From: Octopus sinensis
Lineage: Eukaryota
Direction: 5' to 3'
Assembly (NCBI RefSeq): GCF_006345805.1
Contig: NC_043018.1
Span: 18,910,001 to 18,974,000 of the forward strand
DNA length: 64,000 nt
The notes under the pieces were generated by a model that worked only from the letters and a program-made list of their open reading frames with translations, was not told where the DNA came from and ran no database searches. Made by a program: the position numbers and the translations under genes. This document shows, in pieces, positions 25,502 through 38,232 of this stretch (positions within the stretch are counted from its first letter, which is position 1; each line of letters starts with the position of its first letter).

Positions 25502-25695
25502 AAATAAGCAACAAAGATATCCAAGGTAGTGTAGTACAATTCTTTCATGCTACTTCATTTCATAAAAAATAATGTAAGTATTACATCAGTTTTAAAATGC
25601 AGAGCAATCTTCAGCCACATATAAGTGTTTAATAAAATGAAGTAGCATGAAACAATTGTACCACACTACCTTGGATATCCTTGTTGCTTATTTTG
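25502..25695. mobile_element. Fold-back element (second family; related copy at 57860-58050)
   Basis: Inverted arms AAATAAGCAACAA...CATGCTACTTCATTT and AAATGAAGTAGCATG...TTGTTGCTTATTT. Confidence 0.7.
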
Positions 25696-26004
25696 ATTAT
25701 AATCACACCATTTGCTTTATATGGATAATACCATACTAAATTCTGGTGCCTTTAACTTAAGTACCATATTCATCTGAATCTAAATGTTGCTGAAAGTATA
25801 TATATATATATATATATATATATTTCCCTTCAATAATAACCGAATAAGTAATCATTGAAGGTTACAGGGTATCGGTCTTTTGTATTGTGCAGTGAACACA
25901 AAGCACTTAGCATTCAGTCAATATAAAACTGAATACAAACAACTATTTTGCAAGATGTTTCATTGATTTTTTTACACGGCAGTGATTTTTATGAAAGATT
26001 TTTT

Positions 26005-26226
26005 AAACTGTTTACTTTTATTTTTAAATTTTTTTTTTTGTATTCATGTATGTAGGACTGTTTCAAGGGAAATGGCAAGTTAGAAAGGGAAGAACAAAGA
26101 CCATAATCTTTTGTAAATCTAACCAGAGTCCAAAATCTTTGGCTCTTCTCCTTCTAACTCGCCATTTCCCTTGAAACAGTCGTGTATACATGAATAAAAA
26201 AAAAAAAGATAAAAATAAGCAGTTTT
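26005..26226. repeat. Imperfect inverted repeat, ~95-bp arms
   Basis: GACTGTTTCAAGGGAAATGGC(A/G)AGTTAGAA is present in both orientations. Confidence 0.75.
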
Positions 26227-26586
26227 ATAAAGTTGACCTTCTCCTTCAGCTTCCAAAGACCAATGGTAGCCAAAGAGGGAACTTGAGAGTATTATGTTTC
26301 CGAACATGAAATTATGAAATGCTGAGGAGTTCTAATAAGACTGAAACATGCACTAAGTTGTCACCAAACCCATCAAACTCACTCTTCACTATAGGTCTCA
26401 ATTTTTGATGATTTTAAATTTCAGAGTTCTCTCCCTTGCCTTTCCCTGGCTGTGCGGTTAGGAAGCTTGCTCCCAAACCAAGAGGATTCAGGTTCAGCCT
26501 CACCGAGTTGCCTGGGGCCAACTAGAACCTTGAGAACAGATTTGGTGCACAGAAACTGAAAGAAGCCAATGACTGTATATGAATGA

Positions 26587-26619
<33 letters not shown>

Positions 26620-26627
<8 letters not shown>

Positions 26628-26895
26628 TGTGATCACTGTGACCGACCAGGCTATCAGATGTTGCTACACATCACTGGTCACAATGCGCTTCGCATTGTTT
26701 TAGCCTCCAAATGACAACACCCCGCTGGCTAAGCGAGCAGGCCAACAGAAGAAAGAGTGAGAGAAAGTTTTGGTGAAAGAGTACAGCAGGGACCGCCACC
26801 ACCCACTGCCGGAGCCTCGTGGAGCTTTTAGGTGTTTTCGCTCAATAAACACTCACAACGCCCGGTCTTGGAATCGAAACCATGATCCTATGACC
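26620..26895 (-). mobile_element. Family C SINE (tail type 2)
   Basis: Same head and body as 920-1300 but a different 3' part, shared with 30335-30645. Confidence 0.8.
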
Positions 26896-27027
26896 ACGTC
26901 TAGAAATATCGCTTTACCTTGAAATGGGTGAGGGTTGGCAACAGGAAGAGCATCTTGCTGTAGAAAATCTGCCTTGACAAATTCTGTGTGAGCCATGCTG
27001 TCTTAACCACTGAGCCATTGCGCCTCC

Positions 27028-27085
<58 letters not shown>

Positions 27086-28935
27086 GTGGAGAGAGATAAG
27101 TGATGCTGATCATTTCCATTCCCTTATGAAAACAATGTCTGTCCATGGGGGAAATATTCTCTTGCTTGGAAACAGGTATGGGTTGGTGACAGGAAAAGCA
27201 TCCAACCAGAGAATCTCTGCCACTTGCAAGAATGGAAAAGTGGAAGTTCAAACGATGACGACGACGTTGATATCTTTTGTCTTTACAAATTCTGCCAAAG
27301 TTGACTTTGCCTTTCATCCTCTCGGGGGGGTCAATAAAACAAGTACCAGTCATGCACTGGGGTCGATGTACACAACACCTTTCAACCTCCAGAGCTTTCT
27401 CAAAACTCCTTGCACCAACGCTAACTACACAAAGTCTTTCAACGTCAGTTCTGAGACAATCAATTCTAAATGTTGCCAATCTTTCCATTAACAGCCGCTG
27501 TTAATTCAGTTTTAATATACGAATTTACAAGTTATTACTGGAATTCAGATGACTTGGTTATTTTATTTTTAGATTTTAATTATGGTTTTAAGAAGTTGTT
27601 ATGCAGTGTAATAAGTCAATAATTTTCCTTGCTAAACTTGACTTCTATTCCCAAGCACCATACTCCGGAGTTTATTGATTCCTGTTTGGTTATAAATAGC
27701 TCTGTCAATCAACTTCATTGATTTTTTTTAGGTATTTTTAAATTTATCAATAATTGTAATTAGTTATAGTGAGTCTAACATGCTGGACAGCTGACCAAAG
27801 GGCCCTGAGATCAAACGCTACAATCATCATCATCATTTTAATGTCCTTTTTTTCCATGTTCGCATGGCTCAAACAGAATTTGTCAAGGCAGATTTTCTAC
27901 AGCAAGATGCTCTTCCTGTTGCCAACCCTCACTGGTTTCAAAATAAAGCAATATTTCTAGACATGTTTTTACAGAAGATTTCTAATGAATGACACTGCTT
28001 GTATGACACTGACACTCATTTACAACTATCACACAAGACCAAGTAAAAAGACAATAATACACACACACACACACACACAAGTAAACCAGTTTTAACTCTG
28101 TCTACTAAATCCACTCACAAGGTTTTGGTTTGGCCTGAGCTTAAGTGCAAGATACTCACCATGCAGTGGGACTGAACCCAACACCTTTCAGTTGGGAGGC
28201 AAGCTTCTTACCCACACAGCCACGCCTGCATATATTGTATACATTATAATAGCCACATGACTTTCCCTACTGAACAACAGAGCTACAACTAATTTAATTT
28301 CTTAGTCATAGCAAGGGGCTTCACAGAACCCAATTCATTTAGCTTCCATTCTTGTTTTTTAAAGGAGTGAAACAACAAACCTTATCTGCTTTGATTCCAA
28401 CCTACCTGCCAATTTCCTTGGTCTTATAATGCAAACTAAACAGTACAAATAGTGATTTTGTATTGGTTGGCAGATATAAGCACTGATCAGCAAACAGCTT
28501 TGTTTGCTGAAATTATAAACAAGGTCAGAGGCTGGTTTAGGCTCAAAAGTTCTGGTTACTTGTTGCTGACAAGAAACATGTCAAAACACTTACATCCCAG
28601 GATACCTTGCATCAATGAGTCAAAGGTGTTATGAGCACACATCTGTTGTAAAAGTGAGGTGTTCTCCTGTGACATACACAACACTGACTAGCTTATTTGT
28701 GCCTGAATCTAGTAGGATATATTAAGAATAAATACACAAATCAGTATTGGATTAAAACTTTCCATCAAAATTTCATGTTGATATTTAAACACCAGCTTAT
28801 AAAGCTATTTTATTAACTTCCTCATTGTTTTCAAAATTAATTGAAACAAGTGTAGTGTTTTTCAGTAGAAATATGGTAACAAAAGGGTTAAAGTGATCTA
28901 AATTAAAACTTTCCATCAAAATTTCTTGTTAATTT

Positions 28936-29532
28936 CTTATTTTTTACTGCCCACAAGGGGTTAAACATAGAGGGGACAAACAAGGACAAACAAAGGGATT
29001 AAGTCGATTACATCGACCACAGTGCGTAACTGGTACTTAATGTATCAACCCCAAAAGGATGAAAAGCAAAGTCGACTTTGGTGGAATTTGAACTCAGAAC
29101 GTAAAGAGAGGCGAAATACCTATTTCTTTACTGCCCACAAGGGGCTACACACAGTTGGGACAAACAAGGACAGACAAATGGATTAAGTCAATTATATCGA
29201 CTCCAGTGCATAACTGGTACTTAATTTATCGACCCCGAAAGGATGAAAGGCAAAGTTGACCTCGGCAGAATTTGAACTGAGAATGTAGCGGCAGATAAAA
29301 TACCTATTTCTTTACTGCCCACAAGGGGCTACACACAGTGGGGAAAAACAAGGACAAACGGATTAAGTCGATTATATCGACCCCAGTGCGTAACTGGTAC
29401 TTATTTAATCCACCCCGAAAGGATGAAAGGCAAAGTCGACCTCGACGGAATTTGAACTCAGAACGTAGCGGCAGACGAAATACCGCTAAGCATTTTCACT
29501 TGGCGTGCTAATGATTCTGCCAGCTCACCACC
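28936..29532 (-). mobile_element. Family B SINE trimer (head + 3 units of ~184 bp)
   Basis: Junctions aaataGGTATTT at 29120/29121 and 29304/29305. It is inserted in a MITE remnant with a TTAATTTCT duplication. Confidence 0.88.
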
Positions 29533-30017
29533 TTCTCATTAATTTCTGTTTAAGACACCAGTTTGTAGTGATAAAGCTACTGTACTGATTTCTTCAATAT
29601 TTTCAATATTAATTGAAACAAAAGCAATGTTATTACAAAAAAAAATATGGTAACAAAAAGGTTTGAGTAATCTAAATTCTACATTTGCCAAAAACATGTC
29701 TACGTATGGTTACATGAACAAATACGTGAAAATATAAAGAAATAGAATAAAACTTGATAATTATTTTATGCATTGTAGAGAAAAATTATAAAAATGGAAG
29801 AGTAAACATGAAAATAATGCTGCCACTGAACATTAATGTCAGATATTGGCAAATATCCTCAACCATGGAGATTGCAGGCTCATCAAATATTTATGAACTT
29901 TGGACAGGATTTCATCAATGTTGAAATAGTTAACAGTTGTCAAAAATATCCACATTTACAGAAATAAAAACAACTCAGCTTTCTACAACAATTCGTATTA
30001 CATATGCTAAACTTCCT

Positions 30018-30048
<31 letters not shown>

Positions 30049-30293
30049 CTTTATTTAAAGCAACAGAAAATTCAACAAAATCTCTTACACAGAGTTTCTC
30101 GTTGCCGTTCATCAGACAGTTTTTGTTAGAATAGACATTCTAACAAAAACTGTCTGATGAACGGCAACGAGAAACTCAGAGTAACAGCTTTTGTTGAATT
30201 TTCTGCTGCTTTAAATAAAGCATATTACTCTACCACTGGTATTTGAGTACTCTTTTTTTCCACCTTGTTTCACATTTATGTGTTTACTCCGGT
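30049..30293. mobile_element. Fold-back element with hammerhead motif (30150-30187, +)
   Basis: CUGU-CUGAUGA-ACGGCAACGA-GAAA-CUCAGAG-UA-ACAG. Stem I is perfect and the stem II closing pair is an A.A mismatch. Confidence 0.85.
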
Positions 30294-30334
30294 ATATATA
30301 TATATATATATCTATATATATATATATATATATA

Positions 30335-30645
30335 TGGAGGCACAATGGCCCAGTGGTTAGGGCAGCAAACTTGCAGTTGTAGGACCACGGTTTCGATTCC
30401 CAGACCGGGCGTTGTGAGTGTTTATTGAGCGAAAACACCTAAATTTCAATGTGGTTCCGGCAGGGGGTGGTGGCAATCCCTGCTGTACTCTTTTGCCACA
30501 ACTTTCTCTCACTCTTTCTTCTGTTGGTCTGCTCGCTTAGCCAGCGGGGTGGCATCATTTGAAGGCTAAAACAATGCAAAGCACATTGTGACAAGCGATG
30601 TGTAGTAACATCTGATAGCTTGGTTAGTCACGGTCACAGTGATAT
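30335..30645 (+). mobile_element. Family C SINE (tail type 2)
   Basis: Head GGAGGCACAATGGCCCAGTGGTTAGG. Confidence 0.8.
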
Positions 30646-31336
30646 ATATATATATATATATAAAAGCACCATTCGAGCATGTTGCCACTGCCACTGGACT
30701 GGCTCCTGTGCAGGTGGCACATAAAAAGCGCCCTTTGAGCATGGTCGTTGCCAGTACCGCCTAACTGACCCTTGTGCCAGTGGCACATACAAGCACCCAC
30801 TACACTCCTGGAATGGTTGGCGTTAGGAACTTTGCCAGATCAGATTGGAGCTTGGTGCAGCCTTCTGGCTTGCCAGCCCTCAGTCAAACTGTCCAACACA
30901 TGCCAGCATGGAAAGCAGATGATGATGATAATGATTATGATGATGATGATGATGATATATTGTTTAAGTTCGTTTACAGGAAATGATTTGAATATGAATA
31001 TCAAAGCTCCTATTTTAATCTTCCGGCTACAGCTTAATGATACCAGTTTTCAGGGGTCACACCGAGTTGTGCCGATATAATATACAATAAATATAGTAAT
31101 AATAATAATAATAATCCTTGGGTGGAAATTATAAAAATTTTAATGCATCGCTATGTGCCTTTCCACAAATCACGTTTCTTAAGATTATAGTCTGTATTCC
31201 TGAGGTGATTACAGTACAGGCCGTAGTATCCGGGGTCATTGGGTGGATCATGTTCATACATTCATTTCTTCAGGTTATATGGCATTCATATTTATAAATT
31301 CTATCCAGGGATTATCATTATTATTATTATTATTAC

Positions 31337-31372
<36 letters not shown>

Positions 31373-31397
31373 AAACCCGGCTTATTACAACTATCTA

Positions 31398-31454
<57 letters not shown>

Positions 31455-31489
31455 CATATTACATACACCCAGCTTGTTATAAGTATTCT

Positions 31490-31845
31490 TTTAATTCTTT
31501 TAGTCATTTGACTGCGGCCATGCTGGAGCACTGCCTTTAGTCGAGCAAATTGACCCCAGGTCTTATTCATTGTAAGCTTAGTACTTATTCTATCGGCCTC
31601 TCTTGCTGAACCAAGGATGTAAACACACCAGCATCGGTTATCAAACGATGTGGGGGGGGACAAACACAGACACACAAACATATACATACATACATGCATA
31701 TATACATATATATACGATGAGCTTCTTTCAGTTTCCATCTACCAAATGCTATAGTAGAAGACACTTGCCCAAGGTGCCACGCAATGGGACTGAACCCAGA
31801 ATCATGTGGTTGGTAAGCAAGCTACTTACCACACAGCCACTCCTG
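31490..31845 (-). mobile_element. Family A SINE (internally deleted)
   Basis: Head and tail are both recognisable on the minus strand. Confidence 0.85.
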
Positions 31846-31984
31846 TGTGTATATTATATATGCACAGCTAACTACAATCATATATTATACACTCGAGTTA
31901 CAAGTCTATGTTGTACACTCAGTGGCTACAACAATATTTTATTCATGCTGTAGCTTCCTACATTACATTATACATGCTGTGTCG

Positions 31985-31998
31985 GTTTCCATGGCAAC
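31985..31998. promoter_or_regulatory. RFX X-box motif GTTTCCATGGCAAC
   Basis: Exact match to GTTNCCATGGNAAC in non-repetitive sequence. Function is untested. Confidence 0.5.
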
Positions 31999-32223
31999 TG
32001 TTTGTGAGTTAAACTCAACAGTAACAGAAGGACATAATCACTTTGTTACAAAAGTACAGACTTCCTCAGCGGAGAATATTTCATGCTCAGAACCAATAAT
32101 TGCGATTGGATGTGTTTCAAGGTGAGGTCAAATAAATTAATGGACTGATAGACAACAACAGGAGGAATTGGCAGAATCGTAAGAGCATCGGACAAAATAC
32201 CTTGTGGTATTCATTCTGGTCTG

Positions 32224-32448
32224 CGAACTGGCAAAAATGTTAGCGCGCCGGGCGAAATGCTTAGCGGTATTTCGTCTGCGTTACGTTGTGAGTTCAAATT
32301 CCACCGAGGTCGACTTTGCCTTTCATCCTTTCGGGGTCGATAAATTAAGTACCAGTTACGCACTGGGGTCGATGTAATCGACTTAATACCTATGTCTGTC
32401 CTTGTTTGTCCCCTCTGTGTTTAGCCCCTTGTGGGTAATAAAGAAATA
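32224..32448 (+). mobile_element. Family B SINE with 18-bp TSD, nested in an older B-like SINE
   Basis: TSD GGTATTCATTCTGGTCTG at 32206-32223 and 32449-32466. Confidence 0.92.
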
Positions 32449-32772
32449 GGTATTCATTCTGGTCTGTTGAGTTCTGAGTTCAAATCCTACCAAGGTCAAC
32501 TTTGCCTTTTACTTTTCTGGGGTCAATCAAGAAAATACCAGACTAAGATGGTGGATTGCTGGAACCAGTGAACAAGATATCTAGCTGTGTTTGTTCCAGC
32601 TCATGGCGTTCTGAAGCTCCTGAGCTCAAATCCCACCGTGGCCTACTTGGGTGGGAGACTTAATCTGCCTCCCATTTTAACATTATGATCTGGGACCCTG
32701 GGTACCATAAACAGAGGGATTAACTCTGTGGAACACATTTGAGCCAGGTCTCTGGCTTCAGGACAACTTCCT

Positions 32773-32809
<37 letters not shown>

Positions 32810-32886
32810 ACTAATCTCAGAGGCCTTGTGAAGGTGATGTTGATGATGATGATGACAACACTGATGATGGTGATGATGATATGACA

Positions 32887-33359
32887 AGCATAAGATCTGG
32901 TCATCAAATCTAAGTAGAGACTTCAAACTTGAAATATTCAAAGCCACAGTCGAACCAATTCTACTATATGGCTCAGAAACCTGGACGTTATCAAAGAAGC
33001 TTGAGAGGCGGTTGGATGGAACCTACACTCGCCTCCTTATGAGAGCTCAAAATCTCTCGTGGAAGCGTCATCCAACCAAAATACAAATATATGGGAAACT
33101 ACCACCTGTGTCATCTCTTGTGAAAGGTAGGAGAGTCCAGTTTGCTGGACAATGTTGTAAAGCTGAAAACGAAAGAATTTCTACTCTTCTCCTCTGGAAT
33201 CCATCTACTCACAATACCAGAGGGCACACACTCTCCTACCCTAATGTAATCTCCAGGGATACAGGCATCCAGCAACAGGACCTCCGTAATGCTATGATGG
33301 ACCGTGAAGTCTGGCGTAGCATGGTAAATTCCATTGTCTCGACCACGGTCGAACAATGA
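32887..33359 (+). mobile_element. 5'-truncated RTE-type LINE 3' end
   Basis: Near-identical to 16150-16619. Confidence 0.92.
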
Positions 33360-34030
33360 TGAAGATCATGATCATGATGGTGATGATACCGATACTATTT
33401 TGATGACGATGATGACAATGATGATGAGGATGATGATGATGATCCACCACCAGCATATCAGGCAATCTTGGGACATCATCAGTTTGTATTTCATGCCCAG
33501 TATTGTAACCAAGAACTATTTAACTCCTGGTTCATGATACAAAATATAAATCCCACCTACCCACCCACCCACCATCCCTCCAGGCGATAAGTCACTAAAA
33601 CAATAAACACTACTAGAAAAAAACAAGGCACCTATTTATCAACAGCTAAAATTAAAACAACCTGCACAACACAGAGTTTGATTCCCCACCTAAAAATACG
33701 ACTGTAATTATATTTGGAAGATTTCTGAAGTATCAATGAAATTCTAGATCCACTCAACCATAACAACAGACCTGGATACTTTTACGGTTGACCGGTTATT
33801 ATATAACCTAGCTACAGCCTAAATTATGTCAATAAGTACAGTGGTTTAGCCAGAACACTGCTCTTTGGCCAGACCACTGCTGCACTTCCAGCAACGGCTT
33901 AGAAGACCAGTCAAACTTGTACTTCAAAAGAAACGTTAATAATTTCATTTAAAAGCTTTGGTTCTCTCTTTCACAAAAATTAATTTGACTCAGTTAGCTA
34001 TTCCTATATTTGACGATCAATACATACATA

Positions 34031-35504
34031 GGCGCAGGAGTGGCTGTGTGGTAAGTAGCTTGCTAACCAACCACATGGTTCCGGGTTCAGTCCCACTGCG
34101 TGGCATCTTGGGCAAGTGTCTTCTGCTATAGCCTCGGGCCGACCGAAGCCTTGTGAGTGGATTTGGTAGACGGAAACCAAAAGAAGCCTGTCGTATATAT
34201 GTATATGTATATATATGTGTGTGTGTGTGTATATGTTTGTGTGTATGTGTTTGTGTGCACATGTATATACGTCATCACCATCATCATCGTTTAACGTCTG
34301 CTTTCCATGCTAGCATGGGTTGGACGATTTTGACTGAGGTCTGGCGAACCAGATGGCTGCACCAGGCTCCAATCTTGATCTGGCAGAGTTTCTACAGCTG
34401 GATGCCCTTCCTAACGCCAACCACTCCGAGAGTGTAGTGGGTGCTTTTACGTGCCACCGGCACGGGGGCCAGTCAGGCAGTACTGGCAACGGCCACGCGC
34501 AAATGGTGCTTTTTATGTGCCACCTGCACAGGAGCCAGCCCAGTGGCACTGGCGACGATCTCGCTCGAATGTTTTTTTGTGTATGTGTATGTCCATATGC
34601 TCATGCATGCATTTGTGTTTGTCCCTCATTCTCTAACAACAAATGCAGATTTGTTTACATCTCTATAACATAGCAGTTTGGCAAATGGTGACTGATTGAA
34701 TGAGAACCTGACATTAAAAAAATAAGTACTGAGGTAAATTTTATAGACTAAAAACCCATCAGAGTATTGCCCTGCCCCAGTATGGCCATTCTTTTCCAAC
34801 TGGAGTAGCCATGTATCTCCTCACCTGCAAGACACACGTTCTAAGCCACTTTCCTCATAACTACATACACACACATAGGCGCAGGAGTGGCTGTGTGGTA
34901 AGTAGCTTGCTAACCAACCACATGGTTCCGGGTTCAGTCCCACTGCGTGGCATCTTGGGCAAGTGTCTTCTGCTATAGCCTCAGGCCGACCGAAGCCTTG
35001 TGAGTGGATTTGGTAGACGGAAACTGAAAGAAGCCTGTCGTATATATGTATATATATATATGTGTGTGTGTGTTTGTTTATGTGTGTGTGTTTGTCCCCC
35101 TAGCATTGCTTGACAACCGATGCTGGTGTGTTTACGTCCCCGTCACTTAGCGGTTCGGCAAAAGAGACCGATAGAATAAGTACTGGGCTTACAAAGAATA
35201 AGTCCCGGGGTCGATTTGCCCCATTAAAGGCGGTGCTCCAGCATGGCCGCAGTCAAATGACTGAAACAAGTAAACGAGTAAACGAGCATGTGTTTGTGTG
35301 TATGTGTTTGTGTGCACATGTATATACGTCATCATCATCATCGTTTGACGTCTGCTTTCCATGCTAGCATGGGTTGGACGATTTTGACTGAGGTCTGGTG
35401 AACCAGATGGCTGCACCAGGCTCCAATCTTGATCTGGCAGAGTTTCTACAGCTGGATGCCCTTCCTAACGCCAACCACCCCAAGAGTGTAGTGGGTGCTT
35501 TTTA

Positions 35505-35510
<6 letters not shown>
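34031..35510. mobile_element. Two family A SINE + family D blocks (34031-34460, 34877-35510), local duplication
   Basis: Both blocks share the junction GTGTTTGTGTGTATGTGTTTGTGTGCACATGTATATACGTCATCA and the same SINE variants. Confidence 0.8.
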
Positions 35511-35553
<43 letters not shown>

Positions 35554-35989
35554 CATACGGTGGCTGGGTGGTTAAGAAGCTTGCTTCTCAACCATGTGAC
35601 CAAGGGTTCAGTCCCACAGCAGGGTATCTAGGGCCAGTGTCTTCTACTATAGTCCCAGGAAAAGAAAAGCTTCAAGAGTGGATTTTGTAAATGGAAACTG
35701 AAAGAATCTCACTATATGTATATACATATATATATACATATATATAAACACATATATATGTATACATATATACACATATATATAAAAACATACACACACA
35801 TATATATATGTTTCTTTATTAGCCACACAGGGCTGCACACAGACAGAACAAATTACAAGGTAGAGCTTTTCTTTTGGGGGTAAAAAAAAGGGGGTTGGTT
35901 TTCGATCAAAAGGGATCGTAAAAGGAAAGAAAGAGGACAAAAAAAGGGGACACATTCATACATACATATATATACATACATACATACAC

Positions 35990-36330
35990 ATATATGATGG
36001 ATTCTCTCATTGTGAATGACAAACGAGGGTTCAGTAAAATGAAGTGGTAACCATGTTCTATGGACATGCACGTGTCTCTTGAGGCCTGCTGATGCCTTGC
36101 AAAGCTTTTGGCAAAATGGGTCAAGTTGAGGACTCAGTTTGCTTGAGTGCTTCCGGGTCATTTACATGTTTTTCTTGAGTGGACGAGCACACCTGCTTTG
36201 CTCCATGCCATAAAACCACAACGACAGGTAAGGTTTCCATTTACAGGAGTGGCGCTTTGCCAGCATGCCTTCATGTTTGCACACAGAGTTCATAAGAATA
36301 TTAGCGCCAACTTGCATGGAGGGTGGGGTT
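35990..36330 (-). mobile_element. Decayed LINE ORF C-terminus with C2H2-like motifs
   Basis: Encodes LTCRCGFMAWSKAGVLVH and PFCQKLCKASAGLKRHVHVH, with stops and frameshifts. It resembles zinc-finger C-termini of RTE-like LINEs. Confidence 0.55.
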
Positions 36331-38038
36331 GGGTGGGGGAGTCTTAGTGTCTCCCTGTCTTGAAATCACATGATGGTTGTTTGATCCGTTCAAAAGGGAA
36401 CCTTAGAATAATGATGATGATGATGATGATGATGATTGTAATTTCAACATTTTTAAAGCCAATCATTCAATTACCTCCAGGTAACATATGGTGCCAGAAA
36501 TATGATCAATCAAAATCAATTAATAGGTTAGACGCCTGACATGTCAAACTGAAAGTGACCAGGATACTAGTTCAATAAAGTTGAATGGGTGTGTGTGTGT
36601 GTTGTTACTATATCATTTACCACTCTCACTCAAAATTTCTGGCCTTATATCTCAACTACAAAATAATTAGTTTTTCAGCACAACACCACAACAACTCTCT
36701 ATGTACCATATATATATATATATAAATATATTAATAAATAAAACATATGCATATATATAAACATATATGTACGTACCTACCTCTACATGTACATATACAC
36801 GCATATATGAGTACAGGACACCAAAAATACGTCGAACACGATGAGAAACGAAAACATAGACACAAACCCAAGGAACTGGACATTTTTTTTAAACAACAAA
36901 AAAATAGAGTACAGGACAATTAACACAAAGAAAAAACCCCTTCTTCAGTCGCCATGGTTTCATCTACTCTACATTTCGAAGGTGAAGGCGAGACGTATCT
37001 TCGATAAGAAACTTTCCTTCCTGCGAAAAGCAAATCAATTAAAATTTGAGATCATTTCGCAGAGGGGTAAAAATGGTAACAAAACCAGGACAGTAATGAC
37101 AGTACATATATATATATATATATATAATAAAGGGTAAAATTAATTAATTAATTAATTTTACCCTTTACAGTTTTTTCAGCGTGTATTGTCTGGGAGTTGT
37201 TTCTTACAGTAGAAGAAATAGCTAGATTCTTTGGCTGCTATTTCTAAAGTGTGTGGTGAAGCAAATTCTTTTGCCTAACCCTTATTATAATCATCATCAT
37301 CATCATCATCGTTTAGCGTCCGCTTTCCATGCTGGCATGGGTTGGACGGTTCAACTGGGGTCTGGGAAACCAGGAGGCTGCACCAGGCTCCAGTCTGATC
37401 TGGCAGGGTTTCTACAGCTGGATGCCCTTCCTAATGCCAACCACTCCGTGAGTGTAGTGGGTGCTTTTTACGTGCCACCTGCACAGGTGCCAGACGAGGC
37501 TGGCAAATGGCCATGATCGGATGGTGCTTTTTACATGCCACCGGCATGGGGCCAGCCACACACACACACATACAGGTTGTCATTGACTTACAACCACAGT
37601 TGGTTCCAACCGACTGGTTGTAAGACAATTTGGTCCTAAGTCAGCCTAAAGGTCTACATAGCTTTATTTTATATTTTTACGTTCTTAAGGTAAATTCTGA
37701 GATAAAAGTCACATACAACATTCTGTATTATACTATTATACTGGCGTTAGTCAAAATTTTCAGAGTCTCAAGCAGTTGTCTTATAAACAAATACGAGGCT
37801 GCCTCGATGTCTCCGTGACAGGATAGTCATCCAACACAGTGGTGATTGATAACCAAACCCAGGGGAAGCATTTGTTAGCTGACATCATCCATAGACGGGT
37901 TGATTTCCAAGAAATTAAACTCGTTACATTTCAACTGGACTATTTATTATTGCTGCCAGGAGCTGGCATTCGAATCATCATGAAGTCGATCGGTCGTAAG
38001 TCAGATAGGTCATAAGTCAATGATGACCTGTATATATT

Positions 38039-38082
<44 letters not shown>

Positions 38083-38232
38083 TAAGCACATAAATGCAAA
38101 ACACATTACCTTTGTTTCAATTTCTTTTGAAGATAACAAGAATTTAGTAAAATAAATTCCTCGTTATTAATCTGGTGTTTGGAATATAAATTAACATTTT
38201 GATGGTAAGTTTTTTACTTTAGATTACTTTAA

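Noticed and set aside
28352-28381. Minus-strand LHYKTKEIG-like micro-exon near 28.4 kb resembling INPP5F RLHYRYKE
   Set aside because: It is too short, it is out of order for the gene, and the position is only approximate. Likely chance.
29800-29960. 56-codon minus-strand open frame (NYFNIDEILSKVHKYLMSLQ…)
   Set aside because: No clear splice sites or family match, and it is expected by chance in 50 kb.
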